Origin: Alphaproteobacteria bacterium
Lineage (GTDB): Bacteria; Pseudomonadota; Alphaproteobacteria; SP197
Direction of reading: 5' to 3'
DNA length: 64,000 nt
NCBI GenBank assembly: GCA_964291415.2
Contig: OZ219918.1
Span: 512,001 to 576,000 of the forward strand
Both the position numbers and the translations under genes were made by a program. Below, piece after piece: positions 54,072-63,892 of the stretch. The notes beneath the pieces are model-generated. The model saw nothing but the letters and a program-made list of their open reading frames with translations, made no database searches and was not told the DNA's origin. Each line of letters begins with the position of its first letter. Position 1 is the first letter of the stretch.

Positions 54072-55151
54072 ATGACGACATCGATACCTTCACGGGGCGC
54101 CGCCTTGCGGGCGACCGGACCCGTTCTCGTCGCCGTTGCGGTGGCGGCCTTCGCGTTCACCGCTCGGGCGACGGAGGATCTCAACGTGATCGGCTGGTGT
54201 GACATCACGGATCCGGAACTGAACGGCCCGTTCGAGGAGGCCTTCGACGTGCGCATCAACGTCAAGACCCATGAGGATCCGGCGGTCGCGCAGACCATCA
54301 TCGAGCAGTCGGCGCCCGGGGACTGGGACGTCTTCCACACCGACGCGACGCTCGTGGCGACCCACGTGGAGGCCGGCCTGCTCGCAGAACTCGACCCGGC
54401 GGACTTTCCGCTCGACGACATCTTTCCGCAGGTCCTGCGGCGCGATCTCCACTTCGTGGACGGCAAGCTCTACGCGGTGCCGGATGTCTTCGGCTGGAAC
54501 ACCGTCGCCTACAACAGCGAGCGTGTCGATGCGGAGGATATCGCAAGCTACGACATCGCCTGGAATCCGAAGTACGAGGGCCGCATCGCGGTCTGGGATT
54601 TCTACGTGCAGATCATGCAGAACGTCGGGCTCGCCATGGGACTGGCTCCCGACGAGATCACCATGGACAATCTCGCGGAGGTCGAGGAGCGGCTGCTCGC
54701 CATGAAGCAGAATGTCGGAGTGGTCGGCGACATCGCGACCATCCAGACGGCCCTGGCGACCGGCGATGCGGATATCGTGCTCGGAGGGGGACAGTGGATC
54801 GTGACCGGCCTGCAGGAGGAGAATCCGGCGCTCGACTGGACCGTTCCCGAGGAAGGCGGAATCTTCTACCTCGAGAGCGTCGGCGTCGTGGCGTCTTCGG
54901 AGAAGAAGGAACTTGCCAACGAATACGTCAAGTACCTGATCAGCGCCGCGGGGCAGGGGAGGTTCGCCATGAATTCGTGCGGCATGGCGATGCCGGCGAA
55001 CTCGAAGGCCGAGCTGACCGACGAGGAAAGAGCGCTGCTTCGCTGGGACCTCAAGGACACCTTCCTCGAGGACTCCCACATCAACCACTACTATGAGCAG
55101 GAACTCGACATGGCGATGATCGACGCCTGGGCACGGTTCCTGCAGCACTAG
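54072..55151 (+). CDS. Polyamine-type ABC substrate-binding protein (PotD/PotF-like)
   Basis: Signal peptide; WDV...D, YAVP..FGW...AYN, W.P.Y.GRI, PEEG; GGAGG RBS. Confidence 0.85.
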   Translation: MTTSIPSRGAALRATGPVLVAVAVAAFAFTARATEDLNVIGWCDITDPELNGPFEEAFDVRINVKTHEDPAVAQTIIEQSAPGDWDVFHTDATLVATHVEAGLLAELDPADFPLDDIFPQVLRRDLHFVDGKLYAVPDVFGWNTVAYNSERVDAEDIASYDIAWNPKYEGRIAVWDFYVQIMQNVGLAMGLAPDEITMDNLAEVEERLLAMKQNVGVVGDIATIQTALATGDADIVLGGGQWIVTGLQEENPALDWTVPEEGGIFYLESVGVVASSEKKELANEYVKYLISAAGQGRFAMNSCGMAMPANSKAELTDEERALLRWDLKDTFLEDSHINHYYEQELDMAMIDAWARFLQH

Positions 55152-55210
55152 GCGGACCGGCGCCGGACCGGTCCGTTCCGGCGTGCCGCTGACCGTTCGC
55201 ACCGGATCCG

Positions 55211-56066
55211 ATGCCGGGGCGTGATTCCAGGGGCTGGGGGTACGTTCTCCCGGCCCTGGCATGGACGCTTGCCTTCTTCGTGCTGCCATTCCTCCTGATG
55301 GCCTGCTACAGCCTGTGGCGCTTCGAAGGAGGCCAGGTTCTGCATGTCTGGACTTTCGAGAACTACGAAGCGTTTGTCGTGCGGCCCCACTTTCATCGAG
55401 GCGCTCGTCAATTCGCTCGAGGTGACGGCGCTGACCGTGGTCCTGAGCGTCCTGCTGGCCTATCCGCTGGCCTGGATCCTGGCGTTCCGGGTGCCAGCGC
55501 ACCTGCAGCGGATCGCGCTGGTGCTCGCGGTCCTGCCATTCTGGACATCCTATCTCGTCCGCTCCTACAGCTGGCTTCTGGTCCTCTCGGACAGGGGCAT
55601 CATCAACAGCGCGCTGCTCGCGGCCGGGATCGTCGAGACGCCCCTGGAACTCGCCCACAACCGGGGCGCGACCGTGCTGGGGTTCACGCACTTCTTCACC
55701 ATGCTGCTGACACTGACCATCTTCGCCAGCCTGGTCCAGATCAATCCCCACTACCACGCGGCCGCCGCGGATCTCGGAGCGTCGCGCCTCAGGATCTTTC
55801 TGAGGATCACCCTGCCCCTGAGCCTTCCCGGAGTCGTCGTCGGGGCCTTTCTTACCTTCGTCGTCGCGGTCGGGGACTTCATCACGCCGCAGATCCTCGG
55901 AGGGGGCACCGAGCTGCTGATGCCCCAGGCGATCATGCTCCAGATCAGCCGCTACGTGGACCTGCCCATGGCGTCGGCGATGAGTCTCATTCTGATGGCC
56001 GTCGTGACGCTGGTCTTCCTCGCCTGCGCGCGCTGGCTGAAGGTCCGCAGCCGGGTGTCGCCGTGA
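55211..56066 (+). pseudogene. PotB-like ABC permease split by a +1 frameshift at 55385-55388
   Basis: The N-terminus (..TFENYEAFVVRP) and the remainder (TFIEALVNSL..AYPLA..LPFWTSYLVRSYSW..AAADLGAS) lie in different frames, joined at CGG CCC C ACT. Confidence 0.8.
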
Positions 56067-56866
56067 TGTCGAGAAGGTCTCTCGCCCGGCTGGCCACCAT
56101 CGCCTATGTCGCGGCGATCTACGGATTCATCTTCCTTCCCGTGGTGGTGCTCATCGTCTTCTCGTTCCAGGACGGCAAGCTTCCGGTACCGCCCTTCCGC
56201 GGGTTCACGCTGAAGTGGTATGACGCGCTCTTCGCCAACAGGCGCCTCATGGACAGCCTCGCGAACTCGGTCGTGGTCGCCCTTGCCTCGGGCGCGGCGT
56301 CGACGGTCCTGGGCTTTCTCGCGGCCTACGGCCTGGCGCGGTACCGTCCCGCCGGCGGTCCGGTGATCCAGTGGCTCCTGGTCCTGCCGCTTTTCGTCTC
56401 CTACCTCGTCATCGGCATGGGTCTCCTGCTGGTGCTGAGGGAGTTCGGGATCTCGAAGTCGCTGCTGACGGTCGGCATGGGCCACCTCGTGATCAACCTG
56501 CCCCTGGCGTTCGCGGTGATCTACGGACAGATGGGCGATCACCAGGTGTATGCCGAAAGGGCCGCCAGGGACCTCGGAGCCAGCGAAGCCACCGTGCTCA
56601 GACGAATCACGGTGCCGATGCTGTGGCCCGCCCTGTTCGCCGCGTTCGCGCTCACGTTCACCTTCTCCTGGGACGAATTCATCATTGCCTTCCTGCTCAG
56701 CGTCTTCGACGTCACCCTGCCCGTGGAGCTGTGGAGCCTCCTGCGCCGGGGGCTCAACCCGCAGGCCAACGCCGCCGGATCCCTCGTCTTCACCGTGACG
56801 ATAGCGGTCCTCGTCCTCGCCCTCCTGGCTTACCGCTTCCATCGCAGGAAAGGCACAGCCTCATGA
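56066..56866 (+). CDS. PotC-like ABC permease
   Basis: GFTLKWY, ERAARDLGAS (EAA motif), FSWDEF, TLPV. Confidence 0.92.
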   Translation: MSRRSLARLATIAYVAAIYGFIFLPVVVLIVFSFQDGKLPVPPFRGFTLKWYDALFANRRLMDSLANSVVVALASGAASTVLGFLAAYGLARYRPAGGPVIQWLLVLPLFVSYLVIGMGLLLVLREFGISKSLLTVGMGHLVINLPLAFAVIYGQMGDHQVYAERAARDLGASEATVLRRITVPMLWPALFAAFALTFTFSWDEFIIAFLLSVFDVTLPVELWSLLRRGLNPQANAAGSLVFTVTIAVLVLALLAYRFHRRKGTAS

Positions 56867-57927
56867 ACGGGGCCCACGTCATGCTCGAGGGAGTGAGCAA
56901 GAACTATGCGGGAATCCCTGCGGTACGCGATGTCAACCTCTCGATCGATCGAGGTGAGTTCGTTGTCCTGCTGGGGCCTTCCGGGAGCGGCAAGACGACG
57001 CTCCTTTCGATCCTGGGGGGCTTTGTCGAGCCGACCTCGGGGCGTGTCGTGATCGGCGGGAGAGACGTGACGCTGACGCCGCCGGCCCGGCGACCCACTT
57101 CCACGGTCTTCCAGGACTATGCGCTCTTTCCGCACATGAACGTTGCCGGCAACATCGCCTTCGGCCTCGAGATGCAGGGACTCGGGCGAACCGAACGCCT
57201 CTCCCGCGTATCGGACGTGCTGGACATGGTCGGACTCTCAGGCTTCGAGCGGCGGCCGGTGGCGGAACTCTCCGGCGGGCAGCGGCAGAGGGTGGCGCTG
57301 GCCAGGGCCATCGCAGTACGGCCGGAAGTTCTGCTCCTGGACGAGCCGCTCGGCGCCCTCGATCTCAACCTGAGACGCCAGATGCAGGATGAGCTGGTCG
57401 GCCTGCAGCGAAGCCTGGGCACGACCTTCGTCCATGTCACCCATGACCAGGAAGAGGGCATGAGCATCGCCGACAGGATCGTGGTCCTGAACAACGGCCG
57501 CGTCGAGGACTCCGGCACCCCGAACCGGGTCTACCTCGAGCCGGCGACACTGTTCGCCGCCACGTTCATGGGCGAGACCAACATCATTAGGGGCCGGGTG
57601 GAGGAGGTTGCCGAGGGGCACCTGAGGCTCTCGACGCCGCTGGGCGACATCCGGGTCCAGGGCACGGCACCTGTGGGACACGACGTCCGCGTCTCGATCC
57701 GGCCGGAGCATGTCCTGTTCGAACCCGCCCGCGATACCGAGAGTCTGGGTGAGGTTGTCTTCACCGACAGTGTGTTCCAGGGAGCGCACTACCGGTGCCG
57801 GGCGAGGAGTGCCGGGTACGACGACCTGGAACTCCTCGTGTATGTTCCGGTCGAGCGTGGTGCGGCCGTCGGCGAGAGGGCCGGAGTGCATGTCCGCCGC
57901 CGCCGCATCGTCCTGCACGCGAACTAG
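56863..57927 (+). CDS. PotA-like ABC ATP-binding protein
   Basis: GPSGSGKTT, VFQDYALFPHM, LSGGQRQR, DEPLGALD, VTHDQEE, C-terminal TOBE-like region. Confidence 0.93.
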   Translation: MNGAHVMLEGVSKNYAGIPAVRDVNLSIDRGEFVVLLGPSGSGKTTLLSILGGFVEPTSGRVVIGGRDVTLTPPARRPTSTVFQDYALFPHMNVAGNIAFGLEMQGLGRTERLSRVSDVLDMVGLSGFERRPVAELSGGQRQRVALARAIAVRPEVLLLDEPLGALDLNLRRQMQDELVGLQRSLGTTFVHVTHDQEEGMSIADRIVVLNNGRVEDSGTPNRVYLEPATLFAATFMGETNIIRGRVEEVAEGHLRLSTPLGDIRVQGTAPVGHDVRVSIRPEHVLFEPARDTESLGEVVFTDSVFQGAHYRCRARSAGYDDLELLVYVPVERGAAVGERAGVHVRRRRIVLHAN

Positions 57928-57941
57928 AAGGAGGACATCGT

Positions 57942-59123
57942 ATGGTCAGGGGCTACTTTCCGCAGGAAGAATACGAGGAACGCTGGAGGCGCGTTCATCG
58001 GGAGATGGAACGGCGCGGCTTCGCTGCCGCGGTGGTGTGGAGCCGGTCCATACAGAGCCAGGATCGGGCCGGCGATGTCCTCTACCTCACCAACTACTAT
58101 GCCCCCGAAGCATCGCCCGACACACACGGCCGCCATGCCTGGGGATACTACGCCGTCATTCTGCAGCCCGGCGAGACGCCCGAGCTCGTGGCCGAGGCGA
58201 GCGACGTGCGCAACGAATTCCTTGCCACGGACCGCGTGTCGCGCCACCGCGACCTCGTCGACGGCGTGGTGCGGCGGCTTGAGGCCAGGCGGCTCGAGGG
58301 AGCTGTCGCCTTCACGGGCGCGACCGTGCTGCCCTATCGCTACGGCCGCGAGATGCTCGCGAGGACCCCGGGCATCGACTGGCGCGAGGACGAGGACCTC
58401 GTGCTCGCGGTTCGCCGCATCAAGAGTCCGCGGGAACTCGACTGCATGCGCGAGGGCGGGGCCAACGGGGCCGTCGCGCTCGATATCCTCATGAAGGAGA
58501 TGGTCCGGGGCGCCACCGAGCGAGAGGCGGTGGCGGAGGCGGTTCGCGAACTCTACAGGCGCGGCAACGGCGGCTCCTACATTTCGGTCAACCACGGAGA
58601 CACCATCGGTTACTGGTGCCGCGAGCCCCTGCTGGGACGCGGCGGCGATGCCCCCCGGGCGGGCGACCTCGTGCGGGGCTGGATGGACACGACCTTCCAG
58701 GGGTACTGGTTCGACCATGGCCGCACGGCCGTGGCAGGATCCGCGCCCACGGCGGAACAGCGCCAACTCATCGAGGACTGCGCCTCGATCGTCGAGACCA
58801 TTCAGAAATCAGTGCGCCCGGGGGCCACCGGCGAGGAGATCGCGGCGGCGGGCCGCGCCGTGGTCGAGACGGTGGGAGGCGACGACGGCACCATGAGCCA
58901 GACCTATTCCGTGGTCGCCCACGGCACCGGACTCTACTGGGAGCCCCCGTTCATCAATCTCGCCGGCGACAACCCGGATGAGCGGATCGATGCCGGCATG
59001 GTGATGGGCGTCGAGTACTTCCTGTCACGCCCCGGTGTCGGGACGGCGGGAATCGAAGAGAACTTCATCGTCGGTTCCGAGTGTAACGAGAGCCTCACCA
59101 ACCTTCCCATGCTCGGCTGGTAG
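57942..59123 (+). CDS. M24 family metallopeptidase (Xaa-Pro/creatinase-like fold)
   Basis: Creatinase-like N-domain; RRIKSPRE; ligands MD, FDHGRT, AHGTG, VE, IEE; AAGGAGG RBS. Confidence 0.88.
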   Translation: MVRGYFPQEEYEERWRRVHREMERRGFAAAVVWSRSIQSQDRAGDVLYLTNYYAPEASPDTHGRHAWGYYAVILQPGETPELVAEASDVRNEFLATDRVSRHRDLVDGVVRRLEARRLEGAVAFTGATVLPYRYGREMLARTPGIDWREDEDLVLAVRRIKSPRELDCMREGGANGAVALDILMKEMVRGATEREAVAEAVRELYRRGNGGSYISVNHGDTIGYWCREPLLGRGGDAPRAGDLVRGWMDTTFQGYWFDHGRTAVAGSAPTAEQRQLIEDCASIVETIQKSVRPGATGEEIAAAGRAVVETVGGDDGTMSQTYSVVAHGTGLYWEPPFINLAGDNPDERIDAGMVMGVEYFLSRPGVGTAGIEENFIVGSECNESLTNLPMLGW

Positions 59124-59396
59124 CCGTCGTCCGTGCCGCAGCGCGGCGACCGGCACGGCACAGCGCCATGGGTGCCGCACCCGGCCTGCCGGCGCCGACA
59201 TGCCGCAGCAGGTTGCCGATAGAGATGGCAAGGAGCAGGGACATCGTCGGCGCACGAACGTCGAGGAGATCCGAGAGCCAGGCAACGCTCTCGTGTTCCG
59301 ATTCAGCTCGGACTGGGCCGAGCCGGATCGGCGTTCGGCGGGTGCGCCGGCGGGCAACCTGGACACGAGGTCGCTGAGGGAACGCGCTCGGGAACC

Positions 59397-60317
59397 TCAC
59401 TCCCCGGTGCCGACAAGGCGCCGGAAGTCCGTTTCGATGGCGACTGTTTCCAGATGGCGTCCGATGAGGACGATGCGCGAGCCACGCATGCCAGACGGCC
59501 ATGCGGCAAGACGGGAGAGGGGATGGAAGACGTGGCCGATGCCGTTGATGACGATCGGCACGTCGCTGCCGAGGAGATCGACAAGACCCTTGAAGCGAAG
59601 GAGCCGGTCGCCCTGGCGGGCAATGAGCCTCTCGATCCAGTCCATCAGTCGCGCCGCCTCGAGCGGTTTGTGAGCGGCGAGCGACAGGCTGGTGATGGTG
59701 CTGTCATGCTGCGTGGAACTGCTGGCGTGGATCCACGTCGACGGGTCCGGAACATGGCGGACGATATCGTCCGGCGTGACCGGTGATGCGAGGATGCGCG
59801 CATCCGCGTTGAGACTCCGCAGTCGCGCCTCGAGGCGATCCGTATCGGGAGCGAGGTCCGTCTTTGTGAGAACGATGGTGTCGGCGATCACCGCCTGGCG
59901 CAGGCATTCGGCCTGTGTTTCGAAGGGCCGTTCACCGGCCAGCGCATCCACGGTGGCAACGATACTCGCCATTGTTACCTGCCGACTGATCCTGTCGTCA
60001 TGAAGAAGCGTGTGAACCAGGGGTGCGGGATCGGCAAGGCCGCTTGTTTCGATGAGAATGCGGTTCGGTGCGTGCTGGTCTCGAAGGCGCATGATGGCCA
60101 ACACGACATCCTCGCGCACCTCGCAGCACAGGCAGCCGGCACCGACCAGCATGGTCGCCTCGTCGAGGTGTTCGATGAGGAGGTGGTCGACGCCGGTTTC
60201 TCCGAACTCGTTGACGATGACGGCGCTCCCGGCCATGGCCGGATGCCGGAGGAGGGCGTTGACGAGCGTCGTCTTTCCGCTGCCGAGGAAACCGGTGATG
60301 ACCGTGACGGGTGTCAT
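59397..60317 (-). CDS. CobW/COG0523 family G3E GTPase metallochaperone
   Basis: TGFLGSGKTT, NEFGE, GCLCC, IETSG, TKTD, LRFKG. Confidence 0.92.
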   Translation of the reverse strand: MTPVTVITGFLGSGKTTLVNALLRHPAMAGSAVIVNEFGETGVDHLLIEHLDEATMLVGAGCLCCEVREDVVLAIMRLRDQHAPNRILIETSGLADPAPLVHTLLHDDRISRQVTMASIVATVDALAGERPFETQAECLRQAVIADTIVLTKTDLAPDTDRLEARLRSLNADARILASPVTPDDIVRHVPDPSTWIHASSSTQHDSTITSLSLAAHKPLEAARLMDWIERLIARQGDRLLRFKGLVDLLGSDVPIVINGIGHVFHPLSRLAAWPSGMRGSRIVLIGRHLETVAIETDFRRLVGTGE

Positions 60318-61156
60318 CAGGCAGCGATGCCCAGCAGGTCGAGAGGCCGCTCGTGGAGGATCTCCTCGATGAGAGCGTCTGGAATCTTCGGCATGACCAG
60401 TCCCTCGCCCCACCGGTTGATGGCGCGGAACTCGGCGACGGCGACGGCCGGACGGCGAACAGGAAAGTCGGATCCGAAGAGAAGCCGGCCGGTGACCCCG
60501 TACTCCCGGGCGATCATGAGACCGTTGTAGAGCTGCCAGGGCCTGTGATAGCGCGCCGAGAGATCGGCAAAGATGTTGTCGTTCTTGCGCATGAGGATGG
60601 CCGTCTGCTCCATGTACGGCTGTCCGAAGTGGGCTACGATGATCTTCAGGTGGGGAAAGTCCGTGGCGACCCGGTCGAGCAGGCACGGGTCGGCGAACTC
60701 GAGACTGCCCGTGTAGGCGCCCCCGCAGTGAAACATCACCGGCACGTCATGGTGACAGGCGATCTCGTAGAGCCGCCCGCAGGCGGGGCTTCTGGGGTCC
60801 ATCGCCTGATAGGTGGGCGAGAGTTTCAGGCCCTTGAGTCCCAGGGCCAGCGACGACTCGAAGTCATCGCCGGCATCGGCATCGTCGGGATGGACCGAAC
60901 AGAATCCGACCGCCCGTCCCGGGTGCCGGCGGACCACCTCGGCGATGAACTCGGAGGGCGTGTGATTGCCCGAGTGCTTGGGCAGGGCGACGACGACGAA
61001 CCGGGCGACCCCGGCCTCATCGATGGCCTCCGTGAGGAGATGGGGGTCTGCCTTGCCGTCGCCGAGGACGTTGCGCAGGGACTGCAAAGCCCTGTCCTCG
61101 TCCGTGCGGTGTTCGAAGAGAAAGGCGTGCGTATGCCAGTCGACGAGTTCTCCCAT
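60317..61156 (-). CDS. Amidohydrolase_2 family TIM-barrel metallohydrolase
   Basis: DWHTH, KGLKL.P, FHCG, AHFG, FGSDFP. Confidence 0.9.
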   Translation of the reverse strand: MGELVDWHTHAFLFEHRTDEDRALQSLRNVLGDGKADPHLLTEAIDEAGVARFVVVALPKHSGNHTPSEFIAEVVRRHPGRAVGFCSVHPDDADAGDDFESSLALGLKGLKLSPTYQAMDPRSPACGRLYEIACHHDVPVMFHCGGAYTGSLEFADPCLLDRVATDFPHLKIIVAHFGQPYMEQTAILMRKNDNIFADLSARYHRPWQLYNGLMIAREYGVTGRLLFGSDFPVRRPAVAVAEFRAINRWGEGLVMPKIPDALIEEILHERPLDLLGIAA

Positions 61157-61295
61157 GATCTCATTCCTGCATCAGTCTGACCGCGGGAGGCCTTCAAATG
61201 GCGATCTTGTGAGCGCTCCCCGGTCTCATGTATACTATGCCACGTCATTGGAAGGACCTTCTGGGGTCAGGAGGGGTGCGCCGGCAGGGCAAGTC

Positions 61296-62120
61296 ATGAG
61301 CCATTGGGATCTTGACGATATCGACTGGCAAGCCTTCGATCGGTCCAGTGTCGATCCCGACATGGTTCGTATCGTCAAGGCTGCATCGCTGGTCGAATAC
61401 AACGGCGACCTCTATGGCCGATATCTTGCGAACATCTTTGCGGACGACGATGCCTTTGTGGCGGCCGCGGGAATCTGGGCCACGGAAGAGGTGCGCCATG
61501 GCATCGCCCTGGGGCGCTGGGCGATGATGGTTGACCCGGCCTGGGATTTCGAAGCGGCCCGGGAGCGATTCAGGTCCGAATACAGCCAGGTCGATCTCAG
61601 CCTCGAGCACTCGGTGCGTGGCTCGCGTTTCAGCGAACTGGTTGCCCGCTGCATCGTCGAGGTCGGGACGTCGTCCTACTACACGGCCCTTGCCGAAGCG
61701 ACGCAGGAGCCCGTTCTGAGGCAGATCTTCAGGAGTATCGCGGCCGACGAGTTCCGGCACTACAAGCTGTTCTACGATCACATGAAGCGGTACAGGGTGA
61801 TCGACAATCCCAATCTCCTGACGCGCGTCCGTGTCGCCGTGACCCGACTTGCCGAGTCGGAGGATGACGAACTCGCCTTCGCCTACTACGTCGCGAACGA
61901 TGTTCCGGAAGCCTACAACCGGAAGGCCTGCGCCGCTGCCTACGGCAGCCGCGCCCTGCCGCACTACCGGCAGAAACACATCCGACTGGCGGTCAACATG
62001 ACCACCAAGGCCATGGGGCTCAAACCGAAGAGCCGCCTGGCCTCCCTGATTGCATGGGTCGTCTGCCATCTCTTCGACTGGCGCCGCCAGCGCCTTGTGC
62101 GCCAGGCTCCCGCCTACTGA
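61296..62120 (+). CDS. Ferritin-like diiron protein
   Basis: HWDLDDI.W, VE, WA.EEVRH, VE.GTSSYY, DEFRH (paired ExxH). Confidence 0.85.
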   Translation: MSHWDLDDIDWQAFDRSSVDPDMVRIVKAASLVEYNGDLYGRYLANIFADDDAFVAAAGIWATEEVRHGIALGRWAMMVDPAWDFEAARERFRSEYSQVDLSLEHSVRGSRFSELVARCIVEVGTSSYYTALAEATQEPVLRQIFRSIAADEFRHYKLFYDHMKRYRVIDNPNLLTRVRVAVTRLAESEDDELAFAYYVANDVPEAYNRKACAAAYGSRALPHYRQKHIRLAVNMTTKAMGLKPKSRLASLIAWVVCHLFDWRRQRLVRQAPAY

Positions 62121-62141
62121 CGTCCGGCCGCGCCGGGAGGC

Positions 62142-62630
62142 TCAGGAATCGCTCCTGTCGAGGAGGTCGGCGAAGGCGGCGAAGACGTCACGGTACATCT
62201 GACGCTTGAACGCAACGATGCCGGCCTGGATGGTTCCGGCACGCATCCAGCGCCAGGCGCGGAATTCGGGGTGGTCGGTGCCATGGACGTCGATGGTGTC
62301 GTCCGTGCCCTCGAACCGCATGGCGAACCACACCTGCCTCTGGCCGCGATAGCGGCCATTCCAGGTCCGGCTGACGAGTTCCGGGGGGAGGTCGTAGGTC
62401 AGCGGTTGGGGAATCGCACGAAGCACCGAGACGGCGCGGATTCCCGTTTCTTCGGCAAGTTCGCGCAAGGCTGCCCCGACGGGTTCCTCCCCCTCGTCCA
62501 TTCCACCCTGGGGCATCTGCCAGACACCGGGACGGTCGAGCCTCTCGCCGACAAAGACCAGGCCGGCTTCGTTGAGGAGAACGATACCCACGCCTTCCCG
62601 CCATGGCAGGCACGGGTTCGGGGATGTCAT
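62142..62630 (-). CDS. rppH: RNA pyrophosphohydrolase (Nudix)
   Basis: WQMPQGG.D.GE....AALRELAEETG, YRGQRQ.WF, IV.FKR..Y. Confidence 0.95.
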   Translation of the reverse strand: MTSPNPCLPWREGVGIVLLNEAGLVFVGERLDRPGVWQMPQGGMDEGEEPVGAALRELAEETGIRAVSVLRAIPQPLTYDLPPELVSRTWNGRYRGQRQVWFAMRFEGTDDTIDVHGTDHPEFRAWRWMRAGTIQAGIVAFKRQMYRDVFAAFADLLDRSDS

Positions 62631-63892
62631 CGCGATGCCAGTGCGATGCCTTCGATGAGATCGAGCGCCCGGCTCAACTGGTAGTCCCCCAGCGCCTGCT
62701 CGCTGCGCCGGGAGGAGGCATCCTCGTCCTCTTCTTCCGAAGGAACGGCGTTTCCGGCATCAAGGCTGTTGACGAGATCGGCCTCGCCAAAGCGCTCCAC
62801 GCCGCTCGACTGGATGACCGCCTCCTCGACGATGATGTCCGGCGAGATGCCGGTCCCCTGGATCGACATGCCGGAGGGTGTGTAGTAGCGGGCGGTCGTC
62901 AGGCGCATGGCGCCGCCGCTGGCCAGCGGCATGAATGACTGGACCGATCCCTTGCCGAACGAATGCGTCCCCATGATGATGGCCCTGCGGTGGTCCTGCA
63001 GGGCGCCGGCGACGATTTCGGAGCCCGAGGCGGATCCGCCGTTGATCAGCACGACGATCGGCAGCCCCTCCGCGAGGTCGCCGCTCTCGGAGTGAAAGCG
63101 CTGGGCATCACCTTCCCGCCGGCCCCGTGTCGAGACAATCTCTCCCTGCTCAAGGAAGGAGTCCGCCACGGAGATGGCCTGGTCGAGCAGACCTCCGGGG
63201 TTGTTGCGCAGATCCAGAACGATACCCTGAAGATCGCCGGCCGCGGCGTCCTCGATGGCCTCCATGGCGTCGTCGACGCCGCCCTGGGTCTGCTGGGTGA
63301 ACGACGTGATGCGCACGTAGCCCACCTTCTTCTCGAGACGCCACCGCACCGACTGGATGGTGATGATGGCTCGGATGATGGTGAACGTGATGGGCTCGTC
63401 GACGCCCTCGCGGGCGACGGTGAGCGTGATTTCGGAATCGGGCGGGCCGCGCAGCTTGTCCACGGCCTCGTTGAGGGTGAGGCCGAGCAGGGGTTCCTCG
63501 TCAAGATGGGTCACGAAATCACCGGCCTTGATGCCGGCGCGCTGCGCCGGTGTGTCATCGATCGGCGCCACGACCTTGACGAAGCCGTTCTCCATGGTGA
63601 CCTCGATCCCCAATCCGCCAAACTCCCCGGTGGTCTGGACCTGGGCTTCCGCGTAGGCATCGGGCGAGTAGTAGCTCGAATGGGGATCGAGAGAGCCCAG
63701 CATGCCTTCGATGGCGGCTTCGATCAGATCGGAATCGGAGACCTCCTCGACGTAATCCGAGCGCAGACGCTCGAATACGTCGCCAAAGAGATCGAGGGCG
63801 CGCCACGTGTCGTCGCCGGCAGCCGTCGCGTGCCCCGGACCCTGCAGGACGAAAAGACCGAGGACGATTGCCAGGGAAATCGTTCGTTTCAT
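62627..63892 (-). CDS. ctpA: Carboxyl-terminal processing protease, S41 family
   Basis: LDPHS, PDZ FGGLGIEV, LDLRNNPGG, SASGSEI, SFGKGSVQ, TTARYYTPSG. Confidence 0.95.
   Translation of the reverse strand: MKRTISLAIVLGLFVLQGPGHATAAGDDTWRALDLFGDVFERLRSDYVEEVSDSDLIEAAIEGMLGSLDPHSSYYSPDAYAEAQVQTTGEFGGLGIEVTMENGFVKVVAPIDDTPAQRAGIKAGDFVTHLDEEPLLGLTLNEAVDKLRGPPDSEITLTVAREGVDEPITFTIIRAIITIQSVRWRLEKKVGYVRITSFTQQTQGGVDDAMEAIEDAAAGDLQGIVLDLRNNPGGLLDQAISVADSFLEQGEIVSTRGRREGDAQRFHSESGDLAEGLPIVVLINGGSASGSEIVAGALQDHRRAIIMGTHSFGKGSVQSFMPLASGGAMRLTTARYYTPSGMSIQGTGISPDIIVEEAVIQSSGVERFGEADLVNSLDAGNAVPSEEEDEDASSRRSEQALGDYQLSRALDLIEGIALASR

Noticed and set aside
55211-56866. 551-aa PotB-PotC fusion
   Set aside because: Produced by the frameshift at 55385-55388; the middle section is out-of-frame sequence.
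59124-59396. Long spacer between convergent genes as a gene remnant or ncRNA
   Set aside because: Only short GC-rich hairpins; no motif or credible ORF.
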